Origin: an uncultured Gammaproteobacteria bacterium
Lineage (GTDB): Bacteria; Patescibacteriota; Patescibacteriia; UBA11705
Direction of reading: 5' to 3'
DNA: 64,000 nucleotides
Assembly (NCBI GenBank): GCA_964592195.1
Contig: CAZQEI010000002.1
Coordinates: forward strand, 13,240-77,239
The translations under genes and the position numbers were made by a program. The notes beneath the pieces were generated by a model. That model saw only the letters and a list, made by a program, of their open reading frames with translations. It was not told where the DNA came from and did no database searches. Shown piece by piece: positions 39,097-48,508 of this stretch (its first letter is position 1; every line of letters starts with the position of its first letter).

Positions 39097-39552
39097 TTAT
39101 CTATTTTGGGTAACCCAATCAAACCCAATCTTCGGATCGTCAAAATCAATGCGTTCTTCATCAGGTTCTGCAGGATTGTAGGCTTCGCTGGTATGATAGA
39201 ATAAACCCACTTTTTCATTACCCAAAACACGATAACCATGTGCCACACCGGGTGGAATAGAAATTAACACGGGATTATCTACACCAGAGCAGATCACTTG
39301 TGTTTGACCTTTAGTTTCTGAATCTTCACGCAAATCATGCAATACAACTTGCGCCATACCTTTGATCACAAACCACATATCCCATTGTTTTTTGTGCCAA
39401 TGAAAAGCTTTGATGACTCCGGGATGAGTTTCCGTATAGCTGGTTTGCTTCACTTCATGAAAAGTTTCTTCACCAAATTTAATCACTTCAGTAAAAAAAC
39501 CACGATCATCACAATATTTTTTTAAAGTTTTAACACTTACACCATTGATCAT
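39097..39552 (-). CDS. rfbC: dTDP-4-dehydrorhamnose 3,5-epimerase
   Basis: RGFFTEV...HWHK cupin motifs. Confidence 0.8.
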   Translation of the reverse strand: MINGVSVKTLKKYCDDRGFFTEVIKFGEETFHEVKQTSYTETHPGVIKAFHWHKKQWDMWFVIKGMAQVVLHDLREDSETKGQTQVICSGVDNPVLISIPPGVAHGYRVLGNEKVGLFYHTSEAYNPAEPDEERIDFDDPKIGFDWVTQNR

Positions 39553-39567
39553 ATATTTTTAGTTAAT

Positions 39568-41571
39568 TCATCTTATCATCACCTGCACCCCCTTAGTAAA
39601 ACTTGAACTAAACGCAAAGAACTCACCCAGCAATCCGCCTTTCAAATCCAAAATTTTTATATGTGGGCCGCCAGAGGCACCAGGAGAAGTAACTAATTCA
39701 CCTTGACCATCTTCGTTCCAATCACCCACTGCGACTCTCACTCCACCGGTAAAGTTTTTATACGCCAAGAAATCAGCTATTACTTTTCCGTCAACATCAT
39801 AGGCCTGAACTCGCGGTTCACTACCCGAGCCAGCACCAATCACGATTTCATCATAATCGTTTTTATCCAAATTGCCAACTGTCACGTTAGCACCTGATTT
39901 ATTAGTGGCTAAAAATGGTTTTATTTCTTTTACAATTTTACCTTGATCATTAAACACTCGGACAGCTGTTCTCATTCCAGACGGGGAACCAATGATTATC
40001 TCATCAAAGGCATCATCAGTTACATTTCCCAGTGCCACGGTTAAACCTCCGGTATATTTTTTATCAAAGGCTAAAAATTCTCGGATTAATTGACCATTCT
40101 CATCAAAAATTCTCACCACTGGTTCTCTTTTACTTTGAGGCACAACCACATATTCGACTTTACCATCATTGTTAATATCTCCAGCCGCCACTCGCACCCC
40201 ACCAATAAAAGAACCTTCAAAAGCGAGGAAACTGGCAATTAACTTTCCATCTATAGACAAACTGCGCACAAACGGTTGATTTCCAGCTGTGGCGCCGGTA
40301 ATAATTTCATTTTTCAAATCTTTATCCAAATCAGCGCCGGTAATATTTAACCCGGTAAACTTACCACCAAATACTTCAATGTTATTTTGTGAACGGAAAT
40401 CTGAATCAAATTGATAAACCTCAGCTGGCAATTCAGTATCGGCAGTGATCAATAACCTCATTTTGGTAGCTGACCCGTAATCATTCATGGTTTTTTCCAC
40501 CGCGGCGTAGGAATTTAACAAGCCAGCACCATAGGTATAAAGTTTTTCCGTGTTATTCCCAGCAATATTCAAACTGGTACTATTAAAAATCGCCACGATT
40601 TCATCTGTCGTTAAATTATTATCAATTGATCTCATTAAAGCCACTGTTCCAGAAACCATCGCAGTTGCAAAAGAGGTGCCAAAATAATGATGTCCGACAA
40701 AATTTTGAAAATCATTGAAGCCTGCTTGTTGAAAAATCGTACTAGTGATGTCTTCTCCTGGGGCACTAATATCAACGCAAGAACCATAGTTGGAGAAACC
40801 GGACAATTGATCAATTTTTCCCAAAGAAGCCACGCCAATAATTTCATTCTTTCCCACCGCATCATAACAAACTGGATAAACAGGATGAGTTGAAAAGTTT
40901 GTGCCCGCCATCGTGCCATTCCCGGCCGCGGCGATAATAATTACATTCTTTTGATAAGCGCGATCAATAGCTTGGCGCAAAACATCATCATTCTCATCAC
41001 CACCGAAACTTAAATTTACAATATCTGCACCTTGTTTTACGGCATAATCAATGGCTTTTGCCACAATATTTGAGGTCCCAGAACCATTGGTATCCAATGC
41101 CACCAAAGGCATAATGCGCACTTGCCCGGCAATACCTTTTATACCAAAACTATTATCATGGATCGCTCCAATTATTCCTGAAATAAAAGTTCCATGACGA
41201 ACAGCCAGAACAGAAAAATTTCCATCAGAGGGATCTGGCTCAGGATCATTATTGTTTTTTATAAAATTCCAACCATGGACATCATCAATGAATCCATTAC
41301 GATCATCGTCAATGCCATTATTAGCAATTTCTCCATTATTCACCCAAATACGCTCCTTCAAATCCGGATGATCGAGATCAACACCTGTATCGATTACTGC
41401 CACCACGACCTTCGAATCTCCTCTGGTAATATTCCAAGCATCTTTCACTTTCAAATGATCGAGGTACCATTGATTTTCTTCAAAGGTATCATAAGCCAAA
41501 GCACTATTCACCACAGTCAAACTAATAACTAAAAATAATGCAAACAATTTTATCTTTTGTTTTGATTTCAT
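39568..41571 (-). CDS. Secreted subtilisin-like S8 peptidase with C-terminal FG-GAP/VCBS repeats
   Basis: Signal peptide; catalytic triad in VAVIDTGVD, HGTFISG and GTSFATAMVSG; repeated DINNDG..E motifs. Confidence 0.8.
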   Translation of the reverse strand: MKSKQKIKLFALFLVISLTVVNSALAYDTFEENQWYLDHLKVKDAWNITRGDSKVVVAVIDTGVDLDHPDLKERIWVNNGEIANNGIDDDRNGFIDDVHGWNFIKNNNDPEPDPSDGNFSVLAVRHGTFISGIIGAIHDNSFGIKGIAGQVRIMPLVALDTNGSGTSNIVAKAIDYAVKQGADIVNLSFGGDENDDVLRQAIDRAYQKNVIIIAAAGNGTMAGTNFSTHPVYPVCYDAVGKNEIIGVASLGKIDQLSGFSNYGSCVDISAPGEDITSTIFQQAGFNDFQNFVGHHYFGTSFATAMVSGTVALMRSIDNNLTTDEIVAIFNSTSLNIAGNNTEKLYTYGAGLLNSYAAVEKTMNDYGSATKMRLLITADTELPAEVYQFDSDFRSQNNIEVFGGKFTGLNITGADLDKDLKNEIITGATAGNQPFVRSLSIDGKLIASFLAFEGSFIGGVRVAAGDINNDGKVEYVVVPQSKREPVVRIFDENGQLIREFLAFDKKYTGGLTVALGNVTDDAFDEIIIGSPSGMRTAVRVFNDQGKIVKEIKPFLATNKSGANVTVGNLDKNDYDEIVIGAGSGSEPRVQAYDVDGKVIADFLAYKNFTGGVRVAVGDWNEDGQGELVTSPGASGGPHIKILDLKGGLLGEFFAFSSSFTKGVQVMIR

Positions 41572-41660
41572 AGTTTTATATTTTTCTTACTTATATTTTA
41601 ACATAAAATAAATAAAAAAACAGTCCACGTTGGGACTGATTGATGTTATTATTCCAATTG

Positions 41661-42053
41661 TTAACGCTTTGTAACCGGTTCAAAGTATAGATCTACTTCA
41701 GCATTTTTTACAAAATATACATTTCTTTCATTCATCCAGGGATAATAACGATGATTTTCTGGCAAAACACCAACATACTCCCCTGATTCCATAATTCTTT
41801 CTCTCCCATGACAATCATCAAAGAACAACTTGCCAGTACCAAGAATCCACTCATTCTGGCGAGTAGGGACTGGTTTCTTCAAAACTGCCAGTAACAAACC
41901 AAACTGTCCATCACATGTCCTATCCAAAGTTACGTATTCCTCCGATTCATTGCTAGGAAACAAGGACACTGTGCCATACCTGCCAACAACCGCCTCTCCT
42001 CGATCCCAATCCAGATAACCTGTACCCAGTAACACTCGTTTTGATTTTGCCAT
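41661..42053 (-). CDS. Hypothetical protein (130 aa)
   Basis: SD aggagg upstream; sits in the GC-elevated region. Confidence 0.5.
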   Translation of the reverse strand: MAKSKRVLLGTGYLDWDRGEAVVGRYGTVSLFPSNESEEYVTLDRTCDGQFGLLLAVLKKPVPTRQNEWILGTGKLFFDDCHGRERIMESGEYVGVLPENHRYYPWMNERNVYFVKNAEVDLYFEPVTKR

Positions 42054-42083
42054 GAAGTTCCTCCTGTTTTGGGCTGCTAATAA

Positions 42084-42311
42084 CTAAGAATCGTGATATT
42101 CAACAATTCTAATCTCTTGATCTGACAAATAGCCCCATTCACCAGGAGAACCGCAAGGTTCAAGATCCACATCAAAACCACCTTCACGTTGTTGAATAAC
42201 TTCAAATAGCTTAAAACGATTTGTATTGAACCAAGACTCCAACTTTGTGCCGCTTCGTTTCACCAACTGCACTGACTTGACTCTTCTTCCATCACTTTCA
42301 TCAACTGTCAT
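42084..42311 (-). CDS. Hypothetical protein (75 aa)
   Basis: SD aggagg upstream; operonic with the 130-aa gene. Confidence 0.5.
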   Translation of the reverse strand: MTVDESDGRRVKSVQLVKRSGTKLESWFNTNRFKLFEVIQQREGGFDVDLEPCGSPGEWGYLSDQEIRIVEYHDS

Positions 42312-42488
42312 GAGTGCCTCCTGCTGTTAAGGGCAATTGATTGACTTAGCATAGTAACGCACCAAGACGTATTTGTCAATAGATATTTTTATCTAATTTT
42401 AAACAAAAAAGCATCAAGTCATTGACATTTTACCTAAATAATGATATTATTCAATATTATATTGTTCCTTAACCCCAGGGAGATCACC

Positions 42489-43139
42489 ATGAAAACTGAC
42501 GGCATTCTCATCGTTCTCGATACTTTCTGCGAAAATCCACGCCATTTCAAAGTTCAAGGTTATCTTTCGAATAAAGATAAGCAAGTTATGAAAGCTACAC
42601 TTATTCTGAATGGCTTGTCCCCTGTTTCTTGCATGATTCACAATTGGTTTGAAACAAAGAGAATCGACGAAGCCACGCGTAATAAGCTGTTGATCAAGGC
42701 CTTTGACATGCAAGATGAATTGGATACCCAGGTTAGTCTTGAAACCCTCGAAAAGCTAAAGGCTGAGTGGGATCGTCGACTGACGCTGGATAGCGACCTT
42801 GATCGTGCGTTGGAAGCCTTTATCTATATGGAGAAGGTTGCCTGGTCGGTGATGACGGACGCGGAACGCTCCTGGTGGGGCAAGTACGATCTCGACGTTC
42901 AGATGAAGGAGCTGAGCAACATCTCGTACAACCGTCTGCGCAACGTCGAAGCCATCGACATGGCTAGCCGCAAGGTACTGAAGCAAGAAGCGACCGAGAC
43001 TATCGATCCCGAAGCCTACGACTACTCGTGCTACCTCACGCTCATCATTCGTCTGATCCGCCTCCAGAAGCAGTTCAACAACGAAAACCACCAAACATTG
43101 GCCGCCACGCCCGAAGAAAAAGAATTTTTTGAAGACTAA
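42489..43139 (+). CDS. Hypothetical protein (about 216 aa) with a GC jump in mid-gene
   Basis: SD gggagatcacc + ATG. Third-codon-position GC rises sharply after about 42660. Confidence 0.55.
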   Translation: MKTDGILIVLDTFCENPRHFKVQGYLSNKDKQVMKATLILNGLSPVSCMIHNWFETKRIDEATRNKLLIKAFDMQDELDTQVSLETLEKLKAEWDRRLTLDSDLDRALEAFIYMEKVAWSVMTDAERSWWGKYDLDVQMKELSNISYNRLRNVEAIDMASRKVLKQEATETIDPEAYDYSCYLTLIIRLIRLQKQFNNENHQTLAATPEEKEFFED

Positions 43140-43150
43140 TCTCTTCATGC

Positions 43151-43179
43151 AGACGCTCACCCGGGCGTCTTTTTGATTT
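43151..43179 (+). terminator. Rho-independent terminator
   Basis: AGACGCtcacccggGCGTCTttttgattt. Confidence 0.6.
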
Positions 43180-43288
43180 GGTAAATTGGTAACAGGTAAA
43201 ATGGTATATCGGTACAATGTATTTATCAATAAACAAAACGCTCCGAAGAGCGTTTTATCCATGTACTACTTTACCATTATACTAATTA

Positions 43289-45049
43289 CTAATCCCTATT
43301 CTTGTTTTTAGAAACCATCTCCTCAATCAACTTCTCAACCGCCACCGTTAATTGTTCCTCTACACCTTTAACCCGAACAGTCACTTCCCCACTTTCCATT
43401 TCTTTATCACCAACGACTAACATATAGGGAACCTTATCTTTTTCCGCGTGACGAATCTTGTAGCCGACAGTTTCACCGCTGATATCCACCTGAACACGAA
43501 TATTGTTCGCCTTCATTTTATCCGCAATCTCGTTTACCTTAGATTGATGTTTTTCACCCACGGAAATAATCCTCACTTGTTCCGGCGCTAACCAGAATGG
43601 GAAATTGCCAGCATAATGTTCAATCAAAATCCCCATAAAGCGTTCCGGTGAACCAATAATGGCGCGGTGAATCATGATCGGAGTCTTTTCAGATCCATCA
43701 CTATCAATGTAACTCAATTTAAATCTTACCGGCATGATAAAGTCTAACTGAATAGTTGAAATCTGCCATTCACGACCCATAGCATCTTTGGCTAAGATAT
43801 CCATCTTCGGTCCGTAAATAGCGGCTTCACCTACACCGACCTCATATTCAATCTTGTGATCAATCAAAAGTTTTTCCAAAAGCGCTTGAGATTTATTCCA
43901 AACCTCTGGTGACCCTAGATACTTTTCTTGATTGTTCTCATCCCACAAGGATAAACGAATGCGATACTTCAATCCATAGGTATTCAAAGCCGTCTTAATA
44001 ATGCCCAAAATGGCTAAGAATTCAGATTCAATCTGATCTTCACGACAGAAGCAATGAGCATCATCTTGGCAGAAGCAACGCAAGCGAGACAAACCATTTA
44101 ATTCTCCGGGTTTCTCATCGCGATACAAATTGGCAAAGTCAGCTATTCTCAACGGTAAGTCTTTATAACTTCTCAATTCTGAACCGTAAATTTGCGTATG
44201 TTGCGGACAGTTCATGGGTTTTAAATAGTATTCTTCGTCCGTATAATTAGATTTCACCAAGAACATATCGTCTTTATACTTATCATAATGCCCGGAAACT
44301 TTGAAAAGTTCCGCTTTGTTCATGTTTGGAGTGTGGACAGTTTGATAACCAATTCCCTTTTGCAATTCATTGGTATAATCAATGATTAATTGACGAACAA
44401 TCGCGCCTTTAAATGTATACAAAGGTAATCCAGGACCGACTAAATCACTAAAGACAAATAAGCCCATTTCTTTACCGACTTTACGATGGTCGCGTTTCAA
44501 CGCTTCCTCTCGCATTTTCACATATTGAAACAACTCATCTTTAGTAGCAAAAGCTAAACCATAAAGGCGTTGCAACATTTTATTCTCTTCCTTACCTCTC
44601 CAATAGGCACCGGCAATCTTATCAAGCTTGAAAGCGCCAACTTCTCGCGTATTTTCCGCATGCGGCCCAATACACATATCTTCGAAAACCACTTCACCCT
44701 TATCATTAACATTGCGATAGAAGCTAATTTTAGTTTCTCCTTCTTTAACTAAATCCTCAATTAACTCTAATTTATAAGGATTGTTGGCCAACTTCGCTTT
44801 GGCTTCTTCAATCGATAAATCAAACTGCTCGAACTTTTGTTTATCCTTGATAATTCTTTCCATTTCCTTTTGAAAATTCTTCAAATCTTCATCGGAAAAT
44901 GATTTATCTCCCAGGTCAAAATCATAATAGAATCCATTATCCACAGCCGGACCAATGGTTAATTTTGCCTCAGGGTAATACTTTAACACCGCTTGAGCAA
45001 GAATGTGGCTCAAAGAATGGCGCATTGAATCAATTTTTTGTTCACTCAT
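43289..45049 (-). CDS. thrS: Threonyl-tRNA synthetase
   Basis: 586 aa class II aaRS with an HxxxH editing region. Confidence 0.85.
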   Translation of the reverse strand: MSEQKIDSMRHSLSHILAQAVLKYYPEAKLTIGPAVDNGFYYDFDLGDKSFSDEDLKNFQKEMERIIKDKQKFEQFDLSIEEAKAKLANNPYKLELIEDLVKEGETKISFYRNVNDKGEVVFEDMCIGPHAENTREVGAFKLDKIAGAYWRGKEENKMLQRLYGLAFATKDELFQYVKMREEALKRDHRKVGKEMGLFVFSDLVGPGLPLYTFKGAIVRQLIIDYTNELQKGIGYQTVHTPNMNKAELFKVSGHYDKYKDDMFLVKSNYTDEEYYLKPMNCPQHTQIYGSELRSYKDLPLRIADFANLYRDEKPGELNGLSRLRCFCQDDAHCFCREDQIESEFLAILGIIKTALNTYGLKYRIRLSLWDENNQEKYLGSPEVWNKSQALLEKLLIDHKIEYEVGVGEAAIYGPKMDILAKDAMGREWQISTIQLDFIMPVRFKLSYIDSDGSEKTPIMIHRAIIGSPERFMGILIEHYAGNFPFWLAPEQVRIISVGEKHQSKVNEIADKMKANNIRVQVDISGETVGYKIRHAEKDKVPYMLVVGDKEMESGEVTVRVKGVEEQLTVAVEKLIEEMVSKNKNRD

Positions 45050-45087
45050 ATTGTTTGTCTACTTATTATTTAATGATTGATTATTGG

Positions 45088-45747
45088 TTATTGTTTATTT
45101 TTCAGTACCGTTCTTCTCAATCCAGTCCTATTCTCACTTGCTAGTTCTTCAACCTTATCATGCAAACCATAGCGATTTGTGACATACTTCAAGAGCCCTA
45201 ACTCTCCATCTTGAATATCTTTAATCATTTGCACCAACGTGCCCTTTGGATACGCAGTCCCATCAGATTTTTTAATCTCTGTTACCAAACTTAACACGAA
45301 AAATAAATCCTCAAATGTCGCACAAGCTTTCACATTAATGGTCATTAATGATTCCGTTAATGTATCTTTGGCCGGTTGCGACAATTCTTTATCGTATATA
45401 CCTCCAATTAAAAATGATTGTCCAAAGGTTAATTTCTTATCTCCCATTTTAACCAAAGCCACTTTCCATTTCCCCCCATAACTACCAGATGAAACCTCGG
45501 GGATCACTGGATCAGTACCGAACTGAATTATTCTACCAGAATCTAAAACCAAAAATTCTAAATTAGAGGTAACAAACTCATGTCCCGCCATTTTCATTGC
45601 TGTTCCGCCAAGAGCATTACCAGCGATGATCGGCACACCCTCTTTTTGGAACAATTCACAATTCAATTCTGCGACTTGTCTAATTTTTTGTTCTCTTTGT
45701 CGAGGACTTTCGACTTGAACACCGGGAACAATTTTTTCATTAGCCAT
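45088..45747 (-). CDS. Hypothetical protein (219 aa), paralog of the upstream gene
   Basis: Shares GG.A..H.E.F, FG, TINV and IK.G blocks with the 232-aa protein. Confidence 0.5.
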   Translation of the reverse strand: MANEKIVPGVQVESPRQREQKIRQVAELNCELFQKEGVPIIAGNALGGTAMKMAGHEFVTSNLEFLVLDSGRIIQFGTDPVIPEVSSGSYGGKWKVALVKMGDKKLTFGQSFLIGGIYDKELSQPAKDTLTESLMTINVKACATFEDLFFVLSLVTEIKKSDGTAYPKGTLVQMIKDIQDGELGLLKYVTNRYGLHDKVEELASENRTGLRRTVLKNKQ

Positions 45748-45760
45748 ATATTATTTTAAT

Positions 45761-46459
45761 TTATTTCTTAATTGCTAATGGCGAGGGAATGTTCTTTATA
45801 GTCTCCTCTGCTTTTAACAATTCAATCACTTTTTTACGTAATCCATTGGCACGAGGAATAGTATCAACTTCGTCTGGATGCCCATTTTTTACTCTTTCAA
45901 TTAATTTAATTAAAAACTCCGGCTTATAAATATCATTATTCGAGGTGGTAATATCTCCGTTCAATTGAATAGCAAATTCGAGTGCTTCCCAAGATCGTGA
46001 TACTCTAACATTTATAGTTTTTACTGTTTCTCTTAAGATCTCAACGCCTTTCGGTGTTAAGTGTTTTGAATTATATTCACCAATGATAAAAGTCGACATC
46101 ATGTTGACATTTATCGGGAACTGAAAACCCCTATGCCAAGTGGACTCTATCCCCATGGCTCTTATCCGTTTTGGTATGAACTGATAATTGCCAAACATCA
46201 AAATCATACCATCCTCATCACTAAAAAAATTACTGGCAGAGCATGCTAAATTATAACCGAACAATTCTTTATGTCCAGCATTACCACCGACTGATTCATC
46301 TGATGAGGCTTGCTTCCCTTCTGTAAAGAATAATTCAACATTAGCGTCAATGATTGTTTGTTTTTCTCTTTTTTCAATTTCAGCTGGTGACAATTGACGT
46401 TGTTGAGGTTGTTGAGGCATTATTGGAGTAATTTCTGACATAAAATTAATTAATTTCAA
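45761..46459 (-). CDS. Hypothetical protein (232 aa), paralog of the downstream gene
   Basis: Overlaps dtd by 14 nt. Confidence 0.5.
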   Translation of the reverse strand: MKLINFMSEITPIMPQQPQQRQLSPAEIEKREKQTIIDANVELFFTEGKQASSDESVGGNAGHKELFGYNLACSASNFFSDEDGMILMFGNYQFIPKRIRAMGIESTWHRGFQFPINVNMMSTFIIGEYNSKHLTPKGVEILRETVKTINVRVSRSWEALEFAIQLNGDITTSNNDIYKPEFLIKLIERVKNGHPDEVDTIPRANGLRKKVIELLKAEETIKNIPSPLAIKK

Positions 46460-46886
46460 TATTTAAAGTCACCGGCCCATCATTTTCCAAGTTAATTTGC
46501 ATGTGCGCTTGAAAAACTCCGGTTTGAATATTTAATTCTGTCTTTTTCAACTCAGTTACAAATTTCTCATACAAAACCTTGGCTGTGTCTGCCTTAGCCG
46601 CTTGAATAAAATCTGGGCGACGACCACTAGCAGTATTACCATATAAGGTGAATTGAGAAACAACTAATAATTCACCTTTAATATCTTGAACAGACAAATC
46701 AAACTCTTTTTCTCCATTTGGAAAAATTCGCAAGTTTACTAACTTATCAATCATCTTGGGGATTACTTCTTCTGTGTCTGTATTAGTAATTCCCAGAAAC
46801 ACCAAAACCCCTCGGCCAATCTGACCAACCACTTGCCCTTCCACAGTCACGGAAGCATTATTCACTCTTTGTAATAGTATCTTCAT
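46446..46886 (-). CDS. dtd: D-aminoacyl-tRNA deacylase
   Basis: Start reassigned to MKILLQRVNNASVTVEG. SQFTLYGN and NDGPVT motifs are present. The 55-codon N-terminal extension in the ORF track runs through a structured non-coding region. Confidence 0.75.
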   Translation of the reverse strand: MKILLQRVNNASVTVEGQVVGQIGRGVLVFLGITNTDTEEVIPKMIDKLVNLRIFPNGEKEFDLSVQDIKGELLVVSQFTLYGNTASGRRPDFIQAAKADTAKVLYEKFVTELKKTELNIQTGVFQAHMQINLENDGPVTLNIEIN

Positions 46887-47150
46887 AACAAAAAAGACTA
46901 AGACACTTCTTAGCCTTGGGGTCCATTGGACAGCAGTCGATCCTCCTATTTCGTAACAAGAAGGACGGCCTGCCGTCCGTAGCTCCGACGAAGTCGAGAG
47001 CGAAGGACGGTTCCACCCAAGTTTTCGAGCTATAACAGCCCAAACACTCAATGAATTGTTTACGCTCTTAGTCTGGATGAATGATTACTCATGGTCAGTT
47101 GGTAGCCGACCCAATCAAGCGATGTATTTATTGTAACACACTTTCAAAAT
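46887..47150 (-). other. GC-rich structured leader / possible ncRNA upstream of dtd, ending in a terminator-like hairpin
   Basis: GGACGGcaggCCGTCC and other stems. cuaagaAGUGucuuag + UCUUUUUUGUU lies 2 nt before the AUG. Confidence 0.35.
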
Positions 47151-47188
47151 TTGACAAGCATTCTATCCGTAGTATCCGTAGGTAAGAT

Positions 47189-47214
47189 CCCTGCCTGCCG
47201 GCAGGCAGGCGTAG
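47189..47214. repeat. REP-like perfect 20-nt palindrome plus a cgtagc tail
   Basis: cctgcctgccggcaggcagg. Confidence 0.65.
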
Positions 47215-47248
47215 CATCTGTAGTGATGTGATTAACATATATTATTGG

Positions 47249-47277
47249 CAAAAAAAATCAGCCTAAATAAGCTGATT
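47249..47277 (-). terminator. Rho-independent terminator of the 47290 gene
   Basis: Minus strand reads AATCAGCttatttagGCTGATTTTTTTT. Confidence 0.6.
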
Positions 47278-47289
47278 AACTTCTAAAAA

Positions 47290-47661
47290 CTACCTCCAAT
47301 TCAACTTCACACCACCAATATAGATCTTTGCATCCAAAGGATAACTGAGGTAAACATCTGTTCGTTGACAATCAGGATCTTCGTAATAAATAACACTGTA
47401 ATGTTTTTCCCCCCTAAAATAATAGGCCGCATCATAATAGACACCCTTGTCATATTCCCAAGCAATACAAAAGAGTTGAACATTATCTTCATGAACATAT
47501 CTGCCACCGCGATCATTCAACACACAATTTAAACTAGGGGCAATACCAAGATGGTAACCATCGGGGATACTGTGTCCAGAACCCTCTCCAACACTTCCAT
47601 CAAGTGCCACTGCCGACGAACTCCAACTCAAAAGTAACAGCGCCAGAAATACTCGTTTCAT
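47290..47661 (-). CDS. Small secreted protein (123 aa)
   Basis: MKR... signal peptide; SD gggagg. Confidence 0.5.
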   Translation of the reverse strand: MKRVFLALLLLSWSSSAVALDGSVGEGSGHSIPDGYHLGIAPSLNCVLNDRGGRYVHEDNVQLFCIAWEYDKGVYYDAAYYFRGEKHYSVIYYEDPDCQRTDVYLSYPLDAKIYIGGVKLNWR

Positions 47662-47739
47662 GAGCGCCTCCCATATTATTTGGGGTTAATTGATATAATG
47701 TCCACGCGGCCAAGGATTCTTACATTTTGAATATTCACC

Positions 47740-48222
47740 TTAACACTTCTCATCTTTCACCAAAAAAATCGTTGTCTGATTCAACTCACAATCCTCCACG
47801 TACACCATAAATCGATAATCTCCATCGATATTAAACAGCAACTCATAGAATTTTACCAAATTACTGCCAGTTTGCAATTGCGAACAATGCGATTCAAAAT
47901 ACCCAGTCGCATGATTAAAAGTTCTTTCCTCGTTCAGCAGACAATCCCAAGAAGTGGCCACAATAGCATAAACTCTATCAGGAACAACTACAGTCGAAAT
48001 ATCTACCACCTCAGGATCAACGACAACAATATCTTCAGCCGGCTCAAATTCATTCACAGCCACAAGCATTGGATGATCCACAGTACCTTGATCTTCATGC
48101 GCCAAAATTTCGTTAGTCACACTACTCCGAATCACGACCTTCCCATCTTCAACCGTAGCGTAAGCAAACAGCGAAGATTCCAAGCAAATCAAAGTCAACA
48201 GGATGACGAACAGTCGCTTCAT
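47740..48222 (-). CDS. Small secreted protein (about 160 aa)
   Basis: Start reassigned to MKRLFVILLTLICL after SD ggagg. Confidence 0.5.
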   Translation of the reverse strand: MKRLFVILLTLICLESSLFAYATVEDGKVVIRSSVTNEILAHEDQGTVDHPMLVAVNEFEPAEDIVVVDPEVVDISTVVVPDRVYAIVATSWDCLLNEERTFNHATGYFESHCSQLQTGSNLVKFYELLFNIDGDYRFMVYVEDCELNQTTIFLVKDEKC

Positions 48223-48250
48223 AGTAGCCTCCGCGGGTTTGGGTGGTTTA

Positions 48251-48508
48251 TTACAAAGATGAATCTTCCTTGGAATTTTCAAACACATCTGGAAAGACTT
48301 TTACTCGAAGGAAAAACCACGCCGCTGAAAATAACAAAACTGCAATCAGATAATCCAAAGTTGTCAGATTATTATGAATTACGACTGGAACAGAAGAAGC
48401 TATTACAGGCTCACGAATCACAGGCGGACCTTGATCAGTAAAAACCGCAGCCTGCAAATTGGCACACCACAGCAAAATTCCCAGAATAAGCAGCCAGCAG
48501 CGTTTCAT
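48251..48508 (-). CDS. Small secreted/membrane protein (85 aa)
   Basis: MKRCWLLILGILLW signal peptide; SD ggagg. Confidence 0.45.
   Translation of the reverse strand: MKRCWLLILGILLWCANLQAAVFTDQGPPVIREPVIASSVPVVIHNNLTTLDYLIAVLLFSAAWFFLRVKVFPDVFENSKEDSSL

Noticed and set aside
42756-43262. 168-aa minus-strand ORF
   Set aside because: It is a shadow ORF produced by the GC-rich 3' part of the plus-strand gene 42489..43139. It has no SD and lies antisense to a gene with clear GC3 codon structure.
46887-47051. N-terminal 55-codon extension of dtd in the ORF track
   Set aside because: Dtd proteins begin at MKILLQRV. The extension runs through GC-rich palindromic non-coding sequence with a terminator-like hairpin.
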